Source: Takakia lepidozioides (lineage: Eukaryota; Plantae; Bryophyta). From it: a stretch of 64,000 nucleotides of DNA. Within the stretch, counting starts at the first letter, position 1; each line of letters begins with the position of its first letter. The stretch covers positions 29,760,001-29,824,000 of the forward strand of contig CM060733.1 in NCBI GenBank assembly GCA_030704615.1. The letters run 5' to 3'. Positions 1 to 12,746 of the stretch are shown here, piece by piece. The notes beneath the pieces are model-generated. The model worked only from the letters and a program-made list of their open reading frames with translations. It did not search any database and was not told where the DNA came from. Both the position numbers and the translations under genes were made by a program.

Positions 1-134
1 TCATCCACTTGAGTCTGAAGTCCGTTCACATCCTCCTGCAACTTAGCTATCGGACTATAGACAGTGTCTATAGTTCCTATGGCAATATTCTGCACCCGTT
101 GCTGAGATCCTTCATCTCATCCTTAGTCAACTTC

Positions 135-900
135 CTAGGTGTCTTTCCCTCCACTGGTCCTTCTGTCAACCACACCTGCAAGAGGGTCATCCACCAATTT
201 CTGTGTAGAAATTCTGAGATCCTGCTCCTCCTTGAGCTTGTATGCTCCCAACTGTTGCTCCAACCATTCAATGCGCTGGTGATATGGTTCTTTCAAGGCT
301 GCAAAGGCAGCCATCATGTTGTTGGCTTCCTTCCTCCCCTTCTCAGCCACTGAAATGTGTTTTTCAACACAACATTATTCTGCTAAAGGTGCAAAATCTT
401 CTGTTCTGCTATTTCCTTGTGGAGCCTCAGCTCCTTGAGGGAAGCTTTGTGGCGAGTTATGGTATCCTTCATGCCAGAGATTAACTCGTTCTGGTGAACG
501 ACCTCAGCTTTAGCCTCCGCCCACAGGTTGGCCTTCTCCCTAAGCTGTGCATCAACCCCTTTGTAGCTTAGCCTCATAGTCCATAGACTGCGTGGTAAGT
601 TTTTGGTTAGCTGCTACTAACCCAACATTAACTACTTTATCTGATGCCAAAGCCCCCTCATGGCTGGTTTGCAACTGATATAGTTGCTGATTGTGAGCAC
701 TTTGCAGCTGCTCCTGCTCAAGACCTGCCTTGATCATATCCTCTTTTGCAAGCTGTAGGGCAGCATTGGACTCCTCCAGGGTTTGCTGTAACTTGAGGCT
801 TTCCTCAACATAAGTTCTCTTTTCATCACATAACTTAGAAGAATACCCTAGAATAGCCATATTGACAACAAAGACATGCTCACGACTACAACAGTTGAAT
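135..900 (-). pseudogene. Degraded coiled-coil-like coding sequence of unknown identity
   Basis: Overlapping minus-strand ORF pieces (552-1043, 383-577, 135-350) are rich in E/K/Q/L heptad-like sequence and joined by frameshifts or stops. No recognisable domain. Confidence 0.35.
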
Positions 901-1082
901 ATAAAGGTGTCTGTGATTCTCATCATCAGCTTCTCTGCTCCCTTCTGAAGGCATTCACAGCAACATAGAATTTTCATCGTGGCGAGGAAAAAGTGACATG
1001 AAATAAAAGTTGAACAATTCATGAAAACTATGCCCATTTCCATAATTTTGCCTCCTATGTTTCAAAGGTGACAATTGCAATA

Positions 1083-1371
1083 TGTTGGAATATCACACCA
1101 TGGCTCTCAGTGATTCCTAATAATTCCTAATAATTATGCCCTTGTATTTCTCCGTTTCTTTCTATATCGATAGGTTCAGGCTTGACGGTGATGCGGTGGA
1201 GATAAGCCTCATTAGTATGAGTAGTGTGGGTAGTTAGTGAGGTTGACGGTGATGCCGCGGAGGAGATAAGCCCATTAGTGGAGGTAGTTGGTTAGGTAGA
1301 ACTACTCTCTGTATACATATCTGCTCTCCTGATGTGTGTTTTCTATCTTATGAACATACAAGAATTTCTCA
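1083..1371 (+). repeat. Copia-1 5' LTR
   Basis: TG...CA ends. The first 39 bp match 12708-12746 at 38/39, and the PBS follows directly. Confidence 0.88.
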
Positions 1372-1383
1372 TGGTATCATAGC
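1372..1383 (+). promoter_or_regulatory. Primer binding site, tRNA-iMet
   Basis: TGGTATCATAGC versus canonical TGGTATCAGAGC. Confidence 0.88.
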
Positions 1384-1568
1384 AGGAGTTACAGTATCTG
1401 TTGAGTGCTTAGGATCCATGGAGTTGGATCTGTAGGGAGGGTTGAACTTGTCTAGGACGAAGTTGCTAAGACTGTGAGACACTATGTCGATAGTACGATA
1501 GATTGTAGTCTAGGACGAGATTGCGTCTCAAAGGCTGGACTTACTCTCTGCTCTCTTATCTTCTTTTC

Positions 1569-1599
<31 letters not shown>

Positions 1600-1654
1600 T
1601 CACTTTTAAATACTACCTCTCTCCTTCTCCCTTAGGTGGTCTGAACAAGTAGTC

Positions 1655-4600
1655 ATGACAGGTCTTGAAAATTCTTTCTCTGAGCAATACAAACTGGAAG
1701 GTGCTTCCAACTACGTCACATGGAAGTTTCGGATACAGAACATTTTAGAACGAGAGGATCTATGGGAGCATATTGAATCAGACTCTGAGGAAGATGAAGC
1801 TGATTCGACAAACTCAGTAGTCCTACCAGACCCAAGGGACGATGCTCTACTGCGACGACAGAGGAGAAAAGCGTTGTCTATCATAAAGGTGTCAGTGAAA
1901 GATCAGATCATCCCTTTCATTCTCAACGCCAAAACTCCAAAAGAATGTTGGACAACGCTTCAGAGGCAGTTCGAGGTGAAAAACAATGCGAAGCGATTAG
2001 CAGTCAAAAATCGTTTTTCGAATCTGCGTATGGATGAAGGGACGACTGCTACAGAATTCATGAGCATGGTTCAAGACATCTTGAACCAACTAGCAGCGTT
2101 TGGTGAGAGACCTTCTGACAATATTGTAGTGGAGCAAATAATAAATGCTCTACCGCCTAGCTATGATAGCTTCGTTAGAGTGATTTCCAATGAGAAGGAC
2201 CTACCCTCGATAGATGAAATTGCTGGACGTTTGTAGCTTGAAGAAAGCCGCAATTCAAATCGCCACCGAAACCAAGATGAAGAAGCTTTGGTCATGAAGT
2301 TTCACAAAATCCTCAAGTTTCGAAGAGAGAATGAGCACTCACGAGGATGACGACAATTCTTTGATGGACAACGCTCAAACTCTGGCCAGCCGAATTCAAC
2401 ATTTAAGCCTGGCTATTGTGGCAAGTGTGGAAAAGAGGGCCATTGGGCTCGTGACTGCCCACTCAACAAAGAGAAAAATAAGCAAGCCAATGCCTTGTAT
2501 GATGATCACGAGGAGGGCATTCCTGAAGAAGACCCAGACAGTGTTACTCAGGAGTTTGAGGCTGCACTTGCAGCCATGGCGCTTGAAACTCATGATGAAA
2601 CCTGGCTTATAGATTCAGGGGCTAGTAAGCATGTCACAGGAAATCGACAGCTCCTAGATAAATTGAAGAGTGTTGTAGGATCTGGTAGTGTCAGCACTGC
2701 CAGTGGACATGCCCATACCATTGAAGGCAAGGGAGATGTAAAGGTGTCATTTCCAGATGGTGAAATAAAAACCATAACCAACGTTCTCTATGTGCCTGGC
2801 ATCAAGAAAAATCTTCTCTCTGTGGGTGCAATCACTGATGAAGGTTTAATAGCAATATTTGACTCTGACGGGTGCTTGTTGGCAACAAAGGAGAAAAAAC
2901 CACGGATATTTGCTAGAGGAGTACGAGATCATGCTACGGGCTTGTATCGGCTTCACACACAAAAGCCAGGGTTAGAAGTTCTCTCCGTAGAGAATTTGGA
3001 TGAAGCACTCTTGTGGCATCGTCGACTTGGTCATTTAAATTTTTCAAGTCTTCATAATCTGAGCACTAAAGATCTGGCCGTGGGACTTCCGAAACTCCCT
3101 CTTGTTAATCATCCCTGTGAATGTTGTAAGTTTTGTAAACTTCACAGAGAAAAATTCCCAGGTCTCTCTCAATCTTCTCGACCTCTCGAGCTGATCCATA
3201 GTGACCTCTGTGGTCCTATTTCTCCCCCTTCTCTAAGAAAGTCGAGCTATTTTCTGACATTCACAAACGACTTCTCTATGAAAACTTGGATCTTCTTTCT
3301 TAGGGTTAAGAGTCAAGCTCTTGGGGTCAAAGTACACTAATAGGACCCAAAAAGGATGTCACAAACTATTCTCCATCACATATGGCGCAATCGATCTAAA
3401 TTTAGGATATTGAGTTCAGTACGAAACCACAGACACATTATATCATTGGAAAGCCCTTGAAGTTCTTGTCATGCCCATATAAATTGTTTTGTGATTTGAC
3501 AAGTTTAAGGGGTCCTAAAAGAGTTTTGAATAGCACAATGTTCAAATGTCCCAAAATGTTGTAATCCTTTAGGACTCATTTTCACACCCATAACATGTGA
3601 CGGTCCTATCAGGGATTTTCATGTGCTTATGTAAGGTATGGAAGAATGCAAAAAGGATAGTAGACCTGCAAAACCAGAAATACCCATTATCATAGGAATT
3701 TTCTACTACGCGGTATGCATAACTTAGGGGCACCGAACTTTGGTACTACTATAAACCTCAAAATTTGAACATAGTTCTTTCACCAAAAGTGTTTAGCTAC
3801 TGAAAAGAAAGAAGACCATTTTCTATACAAGGTCATCCAATTTGAATTTGAGGCCAAAATGAGTTCTTACAAAATAAATCCATTATTTCAAAATTATTAA
3901 ATAAGCAAATAAATACGAAGCAAATCTGCAGCACTGAAGTAGGCATCAAACACATCAAACCCGGCTTGGATGCGATGAGGAGAAAACAAATGGTGGCAAA
4001 CGGAAGTCGAGTTAGTATGTAAACTCAAAATTAGAGGTGTGCAAGAGGGTGTACGAGCATCTAATGGATGGGATCGAGGTGCCCACTATCATCTCTAAAT
4101 TTTATCACGTTTTCATCACAACATGTCATGTCCACGCGCCGCGGTGTAACGCACCAACAGTCAAAATTTACTCCTTTTCAGGAGTCAGTGGTACACATTA
4201 GCATGCTTTCAACCCTTGAGACTTTTAAAAATTTCAAGAAAATTGGTGAAACGATCAAAGTGTTGCGATCCGATAGAGGAGGAGAGTATCTCTCGGAGGC
4301 CTTTGATGAATACTGCAAAAGAGAAGGATCAGAGACACTTACAGCCGCTCGAACCCCTGATCAGAACGGGGTGGCGGAAAGAAAAATCGAACATTGCTGG
4401 ATAGAGCTCGGAGTATGGCGATTGAGAGTAAGCTTTCTACATTCCTATGGACAGAAGCTATCAATGCTGCGAATTACCTGGTGAACCATTCTCCTACCAA
4501 GGCTAACAATGGTATTACTCCAGAGCAAATGTTCACAGGTATTAAACCTAATCTGTCCCACTTGCGCTCATTCGGTTGTGATGCTTACATTCACATTCAC

Positions 4601-6788
4601 AAGCAGGAAAAGACAAATAAGATGTCACCAAGGGCCCTCAAATATAAACTGGTGGGTTATGATGAAGAGACAAATGGATACATGTGTTATTTTCTTGTAG
4701 GGTGAAAAGTTATCATTTCCAGAGATGTGCAGTTTGATGAACTTAATGTTGTTCAACATCAATCTGTACCTGGTCTTGAACCCAGTATAGAAATTCCAGA
4801 AGTACGTCGACAGCCCAATACTATTCATTTACTCAGTGAGAGCCACTTTGAATCTTTTGCTGCCTCATTGAAGCTCTGAGGTTCATCTCCATCAAATGAA
4901 GCTAGACCCACAAAATCATTTAGGTACCTTGGTCTAATTCTTTCACGCTCATATCGCTTGGTACCGGGGAAACTGCTTCAAGTGGCGTCAAATTCATGTC
5001 CAATTGAGCATCATCTGACTGATCGGAAGAGAAGGACGTTCTTGAATCCTGTATCTCAGGGAGTTCTGATTGTGCTCTTGTAGAGTTCTCTATTAACGTA
5101 GAATCATCGATAGGGTTTGATGCAGGTAAAGAGGTCTCTGGAGGGTTGTCTTTTTCCACACCAACAAGGACTACAGTACTTGGAGTATTTTCTCTTACCG
5201 TTTAAGCCAAAATGGCAACCACAGTGAAGCTAGTAATGGTAACCTCACACTACCTTACAGTAGGGATGATTGAGGCAAGAAGTAAGATGTTGTTTCCTCC
5301 CTTAGACACACACAAGACACTGCACACCTTACCTTACAGTCATCTACGTGGTAGACATGTTCAAACCTCAACAGAATCCTAGATGGGGGGGGTAAAGAAG
5401 AGACTAGCGGTTGACATATGGAGGACTGCATTGCCCAGATTCTGCCGTGCAATCCCTCTCTCTGAAGTAAACTTCTGCAATAAGCAAAAACAATACGTGG
5501 GATTTGAAAAAGGCCAATTTATACAAAGTGGGTTTATAAGCTGAAAGAGAGCCATGACAACAAGCCCCCATCTACAAGGCACGCCTGGTTGTTAGAGGGT
5601 TCGAGCAACGTGAAGGGATTCACTACGAAGAGACTTTCGCCCCTGTAGTCAAGTGGGCAACACTACGAACCTTGGTTGCACTAGCAGCGCACAATGATTG
5701 GCCCATGTACCACTTGGATGTGAAGACTGCTTTTCTGAATGGAGAGCTGAAAGAAGAGGTATTTATGACTCAACATGATGGATTCTTTGTGACGGGACAA
5801 GAGAACAAAGTCTGCAGGTTGAATAAGGCATTATATGGGCCGAAGCAAGCACCAAGGGCGTGGTACGAAAAGATAAACAATTATCTTAAGTCACAAGATC
5901 TGGAGCGTAACAATGCTGATTATAACCTATATTACCTCAATGATGGTGGAAAGCTAGTAATTCTTGTGTTGTATGTTGATGATCTGTTGATAACGGGCAA
6001 TAATGAAGGAAAGATTGCGTGGACAAAAAACCAGTTACAACAGCAATTTGACATGACCAATCTCAGGTTCATGAACCATTACCTCCGAATAGAATTTATA
6101 TATGTTGAAGAGAACATCTTCATGACACAGCAAGGCTACGTGCTCAAGATACTACAACAGTTTGGACTCTCCGAATGTAATTCATGCCCTACCCCGATGC
6201 TGGAGAAAACAAAACTTGTTTCCGAGATGAACTCAGAACTGGTTAACAAAACCTTGTACCAACAGATGGTGGGTAAATTAATTTATCTCACTAATACAAG
6301 GCATGATGTATCTTACCCAGTCAGTGTGGTCTCAAGGTTCATGAATAGACCTCAAAAACTGCACTTGGAGGCAGTAAAGATGATCATGCGCTATCTAAAA
6401 GGCACTGTGGATTTTGGAATTCTATTTCGGAAAGGAGACTCAAGTGAAATCGCAAGATACACGGACGTAGATTGGGCGGGAGATCAAGAAACTCGGAGGT
6501 CTACGACACGATATGTTTTTCGACTTGGGGACTCTCCTATTACATGGTGTAGCAAGAAGTAGCCCACTGTAGCACTTAGCTCTGGACACCGAGGATGAAT
6601 ATAGTGCCTTGGCAGAAGGTGCTAAAGAATCTGCATAGTTGAGAGGTCTCTCTACAGAGTTGGGAATTCCGGGTGATAAACCCACAACGATGTTTTGTGA
6701 CAACATGAGCAGTGTCAAGATAGCGAAAAGTCCAATACTACATGCTCGCACCAAACATATTGAGGTTTATCATCACTAAGGAGCGGTA
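1655..6788 (+). pseudogene. Copia-1 gag-pol: UBN2 gag, CCHC knuckle, protease, GAG-pre-integrase, integrase, RT, RNase H. The RNase H tail resumes at 12499-12639.
   Basis: Motifs CGKCGKEGHWARDC, WLIDSGAS, LWHRRLGH, IHSDLCGP, RSDRGGEY, QNGVAERK, HLDVKTAFL, LYVDD and ITWCSKK, with QLADIF after the Gypsy insertion. Multiple stops and frameshifts. Confidence 0.93.
3323..4215. mobile_element. About 890-bp non-autonomous TIR element (MITE, possibly PIF/Harbinger-like) inserted in the Copia-1 integrase
   Basis: Imperfect TIR GGGGTCAAAGTACACTAAT / ATTAGCATGCTTTCAACCC (14/19) with a 2-3 bp TT(G) duplication. Removing it restores the integrase frame KSQALETFKNF. Confidence 0.8.
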
Positions 6789-7420
6789 TGTCACGGACAT
6801 AGCCCAGAGGAACTTACCAGGAGTAAATACCAGAAGTTACCAAGTTATCATATTACCGGAACTTATCATGATTTATCATGATTTACCATTACTTACCAAG
6901 TTACCGGGAGTTTACCAAATTACCAAGAGTAACTTGGGAAACTGCTCAGGAAGCTTCATTTGAAGGAAACTTCTCCATCAAGATACCTCATTTGCTTAAA
7001 GAAGCTTCTCCATCAAGAAACCTTTGTTTAATCTTGGAAACTTCTCCAGCAAGAAACCTTCATAAGGGAAGCTTCTTAGGAAAGCTTATTAGTAGCCAAT
7101 ATATATAAGAGGCGAGACTGGACACTCTTCAGTCTCGCCAACACCAGTTCAAGCTACTATTGTTTCCAGTTCCCAGTACTCCAGTCCAATTCCCAGTATT
7201 CTAGCCCAGTTTCCAGTATCTGGTACTCCAGTCCAGTTTCCAGCATTCCAGTATTCAAGTCATGTTCCAATATCTTGTACTCTTGTTCATTGTTATAAAG
7301 ATCGTCTTGATTATTATTTACTCATCGTGCATACGGCCACGCCGACCTTGACTTCTTGTCTAGTCTTGTACCTCTAGTCTGATCTCTTGTTTGTGTTCAG
7401 TCATGTTCTCGTCCTTGACA
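6789..7420 (+). repeat. Gypsy copy 1 5' LTR
   Basis: Direct repeat of 11927-12493, with a TATA at about 7100-7108. Confidence 0.93.
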
Positions 7421-7458
7421 GTTTGGCGAGACTAAAGTTTGTTCCTTAGTTAGTTAAG

Positions 7459-8498
7459 ATGGAAGGCACATTTGCAGAAATGGTCACCACATTGCAGAGT
7501 CTTCAGTCCAGATGCAAGAACTTCGTGCCTCTACTGCCCAAGTACAAGCTGATCAGTCTCAAGATCTTGGCAACACTCTCAATAATTTACAACAACAAAT
7601 TTCAGAGTTGAAGGAGTCGAACAATGGATCTTCAATCTTACAAGTCCCTACAAATCCTACTGCAATGGTTCCTCCAAATCTTCAACAGATTACAAGGGAA
7701 CCAAAGGTCAGCATGTCCGAAAAATTTGATGGGACGACATCAAGATTTTGCGGTTTTATTCAACAAGTACGATTGTTCCTACGACTACATCCACGATGTT
7801 ACCCTGATGAAGTTATTCAAGTGGGATTTGTGGGCACCCTTCTATCAGGCACTGCCCTATCTTAGTTTGCACCGCTATTAGAGAAAAATTCGCATTTACT
7901 ATACAATTTTGAAGCGTTCATGTCCGAGTTCACTGTAACGTTTGGAGAGACTGATAAAGAAAGAGTTGTAGAGACAAAGATGCGAAATCTTCGACAAGGA
8001 GCACGTCCAACTTCCGTTTATGCTGCCGAATTTCGACAACTTGCGTGCGACCTCGACTGGAATGAGAAGAGTATCATTAATCAGTTTCGATGTGACCTAA
8101 AAGAGGATGTAAAAGATTTGTTGCTGACAATGCCAAACGTGAGTACACTGAGCGAATTCATCGCCCAAGTCATTGCATGCTATAATCGTTTGTTCGAAAG
8201 ACGTCAAGAGAAGCGATCCGGATGGTCGACGACGCACCATGCCGCTGCTACTACGGCACCAAACACAACAATCCATCAGACATCCGGTAATGATCCTATG
8301 CAGATTGATGTTGTCCGATTCAAGCCATTGTCGCCACAAGAAAAACAAAGACGGCGCTCAAATGGATTATGTCTTTATTGCGGAGAAAATAATCACATAG
8401 CATTAAACTGCCCCAACAAGAGAAGATTCAAAGTTCGGGGCACAACTCAAGTGTTCGATACGAGGAGGTCGGAAAACAAAGATGTTCAGGCACAGTAG
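7459..8498 (+). pseudogene. Gypsy gag (capsid plus CCHC knuckle)
   Basis: EPKVSMSEKFDG, LRQG..VYAAEF, DPMQID and CLYCGENNHIALNC, with a frameshift and a stop. Confidence 0.9.
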
Positions 8499-11305
8499 GG
8501 ACCATGCGGCTGGACACCCCAGATTCCTCACCAAAAAAAATCTCTTTCTACCTCCAGACCCTATACCTTGTTTCACAGTTCCAGTAAAGATCGGGATGCA
8601 AAATCGAGATATCTCCGTAGAAGCACTTTTGGACTCGGGCGCTTCGGCGTGTTTTATTGACAAAAACTTTGCGAAGCAAAACAATTTAACGCTCGTAAGA
8701 AAGAAATTCTCGGCCCCTATCATCGATGGACGACCGTTAGCATCAGGAAATATTGACCATGAAACTTGACCCCTTGAAGTGAAGCTTAAAAATCAAGCAT
8801 CACATATTGTTTTCAATATCATCCAGTCTCCAACGAATCATGTGATCCTTGGACTTCCCTCGTTTGTACTTTATAATCCTAACATCGACTGACGATCACG
8901 AGAAATTTCGGCAAGACAAAAATGCAAAAGTACCAAAGGTGTTCAACCCCTGTTTCTTGGAGCTAGAGCCTTCATGAGAACTACGAAGAAAGACGTGACA
9001 TTTGCACTTTATGCGACTCCGATCAAAACCACAACAGACCAAGGTACTTCGACATTACCCACTCAATATCAAGATTTCAATGATGTCTTCGAGAAGAAAA
9101 ATGCTAACATGTTGCCAGAACATCGACTTTATGATTGTGCAATTGAGTTGCAAGAAGGAGCTCAACCACCATTCGGCCTGATCTACAATTTATCTCAGAT
9201 GGAGCTGGTTGCTTTACGCGAATACATTGATGAAAATTTGTCAAAGAATTTCATTCGAAATCACCCGCGGGAGCACCTATCTTATTTGTGAAGAAGAATG
9301 ACGGATCATTACGCATGTGTGTGGACTATCGTGGGCTCAACAAAATCATTATAAAAAATCGTTACCCACTACCATTGCTTCCGGACTCCTCGCACAACTT
9401 GGACAAGCAAATTTTTTCACAAAGATCGACTGGAGAGGAGTTTACAACTTTGCACGAATAAAAGAAGGAGACGAATGGAAGACTATTTTTCGTACAAGGT
9501 ATGGACATTTCGAATACAATGTTATGTCTTTCGGTCTTACAAATGCTCCAGCAATTTTTCAACACATGATGAATGACATCTTTCGAGAATTTTTAGATGA
9601 CTTTGTAGTCATCTATTTGGACGACATTTTGATATTTTCACAGAATGAAGAAAAACATGGTCGCCATGTACGCCTTGTCCTTGATAAATTGAGGGAAAAA
9701 TGACTATATGCCAAGTTGGAAAAATGTCTTTTCCACCAATCTGAAGGCGAATTTTTGGGCTACATTATTTCCGACAAATAAGTCTTTATGGATCAGAAGA
9801 AAATACAAACCATCATCGAGTGGATTAAACCAACTTCGGTCCGAGATGTACAATGTTTTCTAGAATTTGCAAATTTCTATAGAATCTTCATCAAGGATTA
9901 CTCCAAAATTGCTGCACCATTGACATGACTCACATGAAAGGACAAATTTGTATGGGACGAGAAGGCTGACCAAGCATTTGAAAGGCTGAAGCAGACATTT
10001 ACAACGGCTCTAATGCTGGTACATGCAGACTCATCTAAACCATTCTTTTTGGAAGCAGATGCATCGGACTTTGCACTTGGCGCAGTATTATCTCAATACG
10101 GTACAGATGGCCGACTTCACCCTGCTGGTTTTCGTTCTCGCAAATTTTCCGTTGCGGAGATCAATTATAAAATCCATGACAAAGAACTTCTAGCGATTAT
10201 CGATGCTTTTGAGGAGTGACGTCATCTATTGGAGGGAGCTAAACATCATGTCACAATCTATACCGATCACAAAAACCTCGAGTATTTTATGAGTGCTCGT
10301 GTTTTGAATCGACGTCAAGCGAGATGGAGTATGTCACTAGCAAGGTTTGATTTTGTTATTACATACCGTTCAAGACATCTTCCTCAATAATATCTACCGC
10401 ATTCATGGACTCCCGAAAAACAACGTATCTGATTGAGGACACAGTTCATATCAAATTTTTGAAGGGGATTATTTCACATATTGGATACTAAGATCAACCT
10501 CTCTACAGCTAATCATCCACAGACTGATGGTCAAACCGAACGTGTAAACCAGATTTTGGAGCAGTATCTTCGCTGTACAATAAATTATCACCAAGATAAT
10601 TGGACGGACCTTCTGTCATTGGTTGATTTTGCCTACAGCAACACTATACATTCTTCGACCAAGCAAACTTCATTTTTCTCTAATTATGGTCATCGTCCTC
10701 GAGCAAACCCTTTCCACATGAAGACTGTTGGAAGCCCTGCTGCAGAAAACCTTGCTACTTATCTCGCTACGATTCACAAAGAGCTTATATTCCACCTCGC
10801 ATAAGCTAAAAAATAATACAAAGAGTACGCAGATCAACGTTGTCAACTTCAACCCCAGTTCAAGATCGGAGATCGTGTGTGGCTTCTTCGACGGGACATA
10901 CAAACCTCGCGACCATCAAGGAAGTTGGATTATCAACGCCTGGGACCATTCAAAATTATTCGACAAATAAATCCGGTCAGTTTTTGGCTTGAACTCCCAC
11001 GAAGTATGCGCATCCATCCAGTCTTTCATGTTTCATTATTGGAGTTGTATCATCCATCGAATATTCCAAGGAGAGTCTCCGTACCACCTCCACCAATCGA
11101 AGTCAATCAGGAAATTGAGTATTAAGTCGACGAAGTCCTAGACTCTCGCATCAAGTATAAACGTCTTGAGTATTTCGTACATTGAAAAGACTACGACATT
11201 AGCGGACGAACGTGGGAACCTTCATCCAACCTCGCCAATGCATCTGACAAAGTCCAATAGTTTCATCAACGATATCCAACTAAGCCCCGGGCTACACGTC
11301 AATAA
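8482..11305 (+). pseudogene. Gypsy pol: protease, RT, RNase H, partial integrase, chromodomain
   Basis: LLDSGAS, YLDDILI, EADASDFALGAVL, HPQTDGQTERVNQ, HPVFHVSLL, and a chromodomain (VDEVLDSR...YFVHxK...TWEP, about 11120-11290). Internal deletion at about 10375. Confidence 0.92.
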
Positions 11306-11469
11306 GACGTCACAACGATGATGTCAGCGAAGTTAGTTTCAAGGTGAAGACTCAACATTCAATGTACCTGATACACGCTAAGGAGGGAGGAGCACCGCAC
11401 ATCAGTATATATAGCTACATTTCCAGCACTTCCAGCACTTCCAACACTCTTGCATCTTGTATTGGCAGT

Positions 11470-11871
11470 ATGGAGTCACAAGAACCAGAGACATTAGAGT
11501 TGTCGCTTACCCAGCTACCAGATCAACCGTTCCGACTCTCACGCCCTTCAATATCACACCAACGCTCTCGAGATGATGGGTCACCAATGCGACGCGTACT
11601 TCCTCGTCTGGACCCCGTACAACGGCAAGTGAAGCCTACTCGAAGTCTGATAATTCTGTTGGAGGTTGAGGCTTCGGACCCAGAGGGCAACGAAATCATG
11701 TTTGAAGGCAGCTTTGAAAATCAGAATGCTCAAATCACTGCGTGGTCCCAAGTTCAAGGTGTTGGACACTATCGATGGTTGCAGGGACCTATAAATCATT
11801 TGAGTCAAGAATGAAAAACCGAATACTTGGCAAGTACCATTTGCCGGATTTTGGATTTTCTCCAACTCTAA
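11470..11871 (+). pseudogene. Extra 133-codon ORF between pol and the 3' LTR of the chromovirus, function unknown
   Basis: Same 402-nt frame with no indels in copy 2 (62569-62970). All internal stops in both copies are TGA at positions that are sense codons in the other copy. Confidence 0.65.
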
Positions 11872-11926
11872 ATAAGTCAAAGATTTTACCGCTCCTCGAG
11901 GAACTCGGCGCTAGAGGAAGGGATGA

Positions 11927-12493
11927 TGTCACGGACATAGCCCAGAAGAACTTACCAGGAATAAATACCAGAAGTTACTAAGTTACCATGATTTACCATG
12001 ATTTATCATTACTTATCAAGTTACCGGAAGTTTACCAAATTACCAAGAGTAACTTGGGGGACTACTCATGAAGCTTCATTTGGAGGAAACTTCTCCATCA
12101 AGATACCTCATTTGTTTAAGGAAGCTTCTCCATCAAGAAACCTTTGTTTAATCTTGGAAACTTCTCCAGTAAGAAACCTCCATAAGGGAAGCTTCTTAGG
12201 GAAGCTTCTTAGTAGCCAGTATATATAGGAGGCAAGACTGGACACTCTTCAGTCTCGCCAACACTAGTTTAAGCTACTCTTGTTTCTAGTTTCCAGTACT
12301 CCAGTCCAGTTTTCAGCACTCCAGTATTCAAGTCGTGTTCCAATATCTTGTACTCTTGTTCATTATTATAAAGATCGTCTTGATTATTATTTACTCATCG
12401 TGCATACGGCCACGCCGACCTTGACTTCTTGTCTAGTCTTGTACCTCTAGTCTGATCTCTTGTTTGTGTTCAGTCATGTTCTCGTCCTTGACA
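11927..12493 (+). repeat. Gypsy copy 1 3' LTR
   Basis: Direct repeat of 6789-7420, following the PPT. Confidence 0.93.
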
Positions 12494-12707
12494 TGGTAGA
12501 TCTCACACATGTTGCCTCAGAAAATCAGCTTGCAGACATATTTATAAAACATCTCGGGAGAGTTAAGTTCAAAGAAATGCGAGAAAGATTGGGCATTGTT
12601 CCATTACATCTCTGCCATCCAGCTAGTGTAATAAGGTGAAAACTCTTAGATTAGATTATGTTTAAGATGAGGCTGCCATACGAAATGAGTCCGGGTGTAA
12701 GAGGAGG

Positions 12708-12746
12708 TGTTGGAATATCACACCCTGGCTCTCAGTGATTCCTAAT
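12708..12746 (+). repeat. Copia-1 3' LTR remnant (39 bp)
   Basis: Matches the start of the 5' LTR, then runs straight into CAATA (the TSD). Confidence 0.85.

Larger units (their letters stand above)
6789..12493 (+). mobile_element. Ty3/Gypsy chromovirus (Tcn1/Tf1-sushi-like), copy 1, nested in the Copia-1 RNase H
   Basis: LTRs at 6789-7420 and 11927-12493 (TGTCA...TGACA), 5-bp TSD CGGTA/TGGTA, PPT AGAGGAAGGGATGA, gag-PR-RT-RH-IN-chromodomain order. Confidence 0.95.
1083..12746 (+). mobile_element. Ty1/Copia LTR retrotransposon (Copia-1), degenerate, with nested MITE and Gypsy
   Basis: 5' LTR TGTTGG...TCTCA, tRNA-Met PBS, gag-PR-IN-RT-RH order, PPT AAGAGGAGG at 12699-12707, 3' LTR start at 12708. 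CAATA lies on both flanks (1078-1082 and 12747-12751). Confidence 0.93.

Noticed and set aside
1572-1598. Poly(T) as a retroposed tail
   Set aside because: It lies in the pyrimidine-rich Copia leader with no TSD; a simple homopolymer expansion.
8471-8477. GGAAAAC programmed -1 frameshift between gag and pol
   Set aside because: Plausible for this clade, but the current pol frame is +1 and would need an unverified indel in the A run at about 8533.
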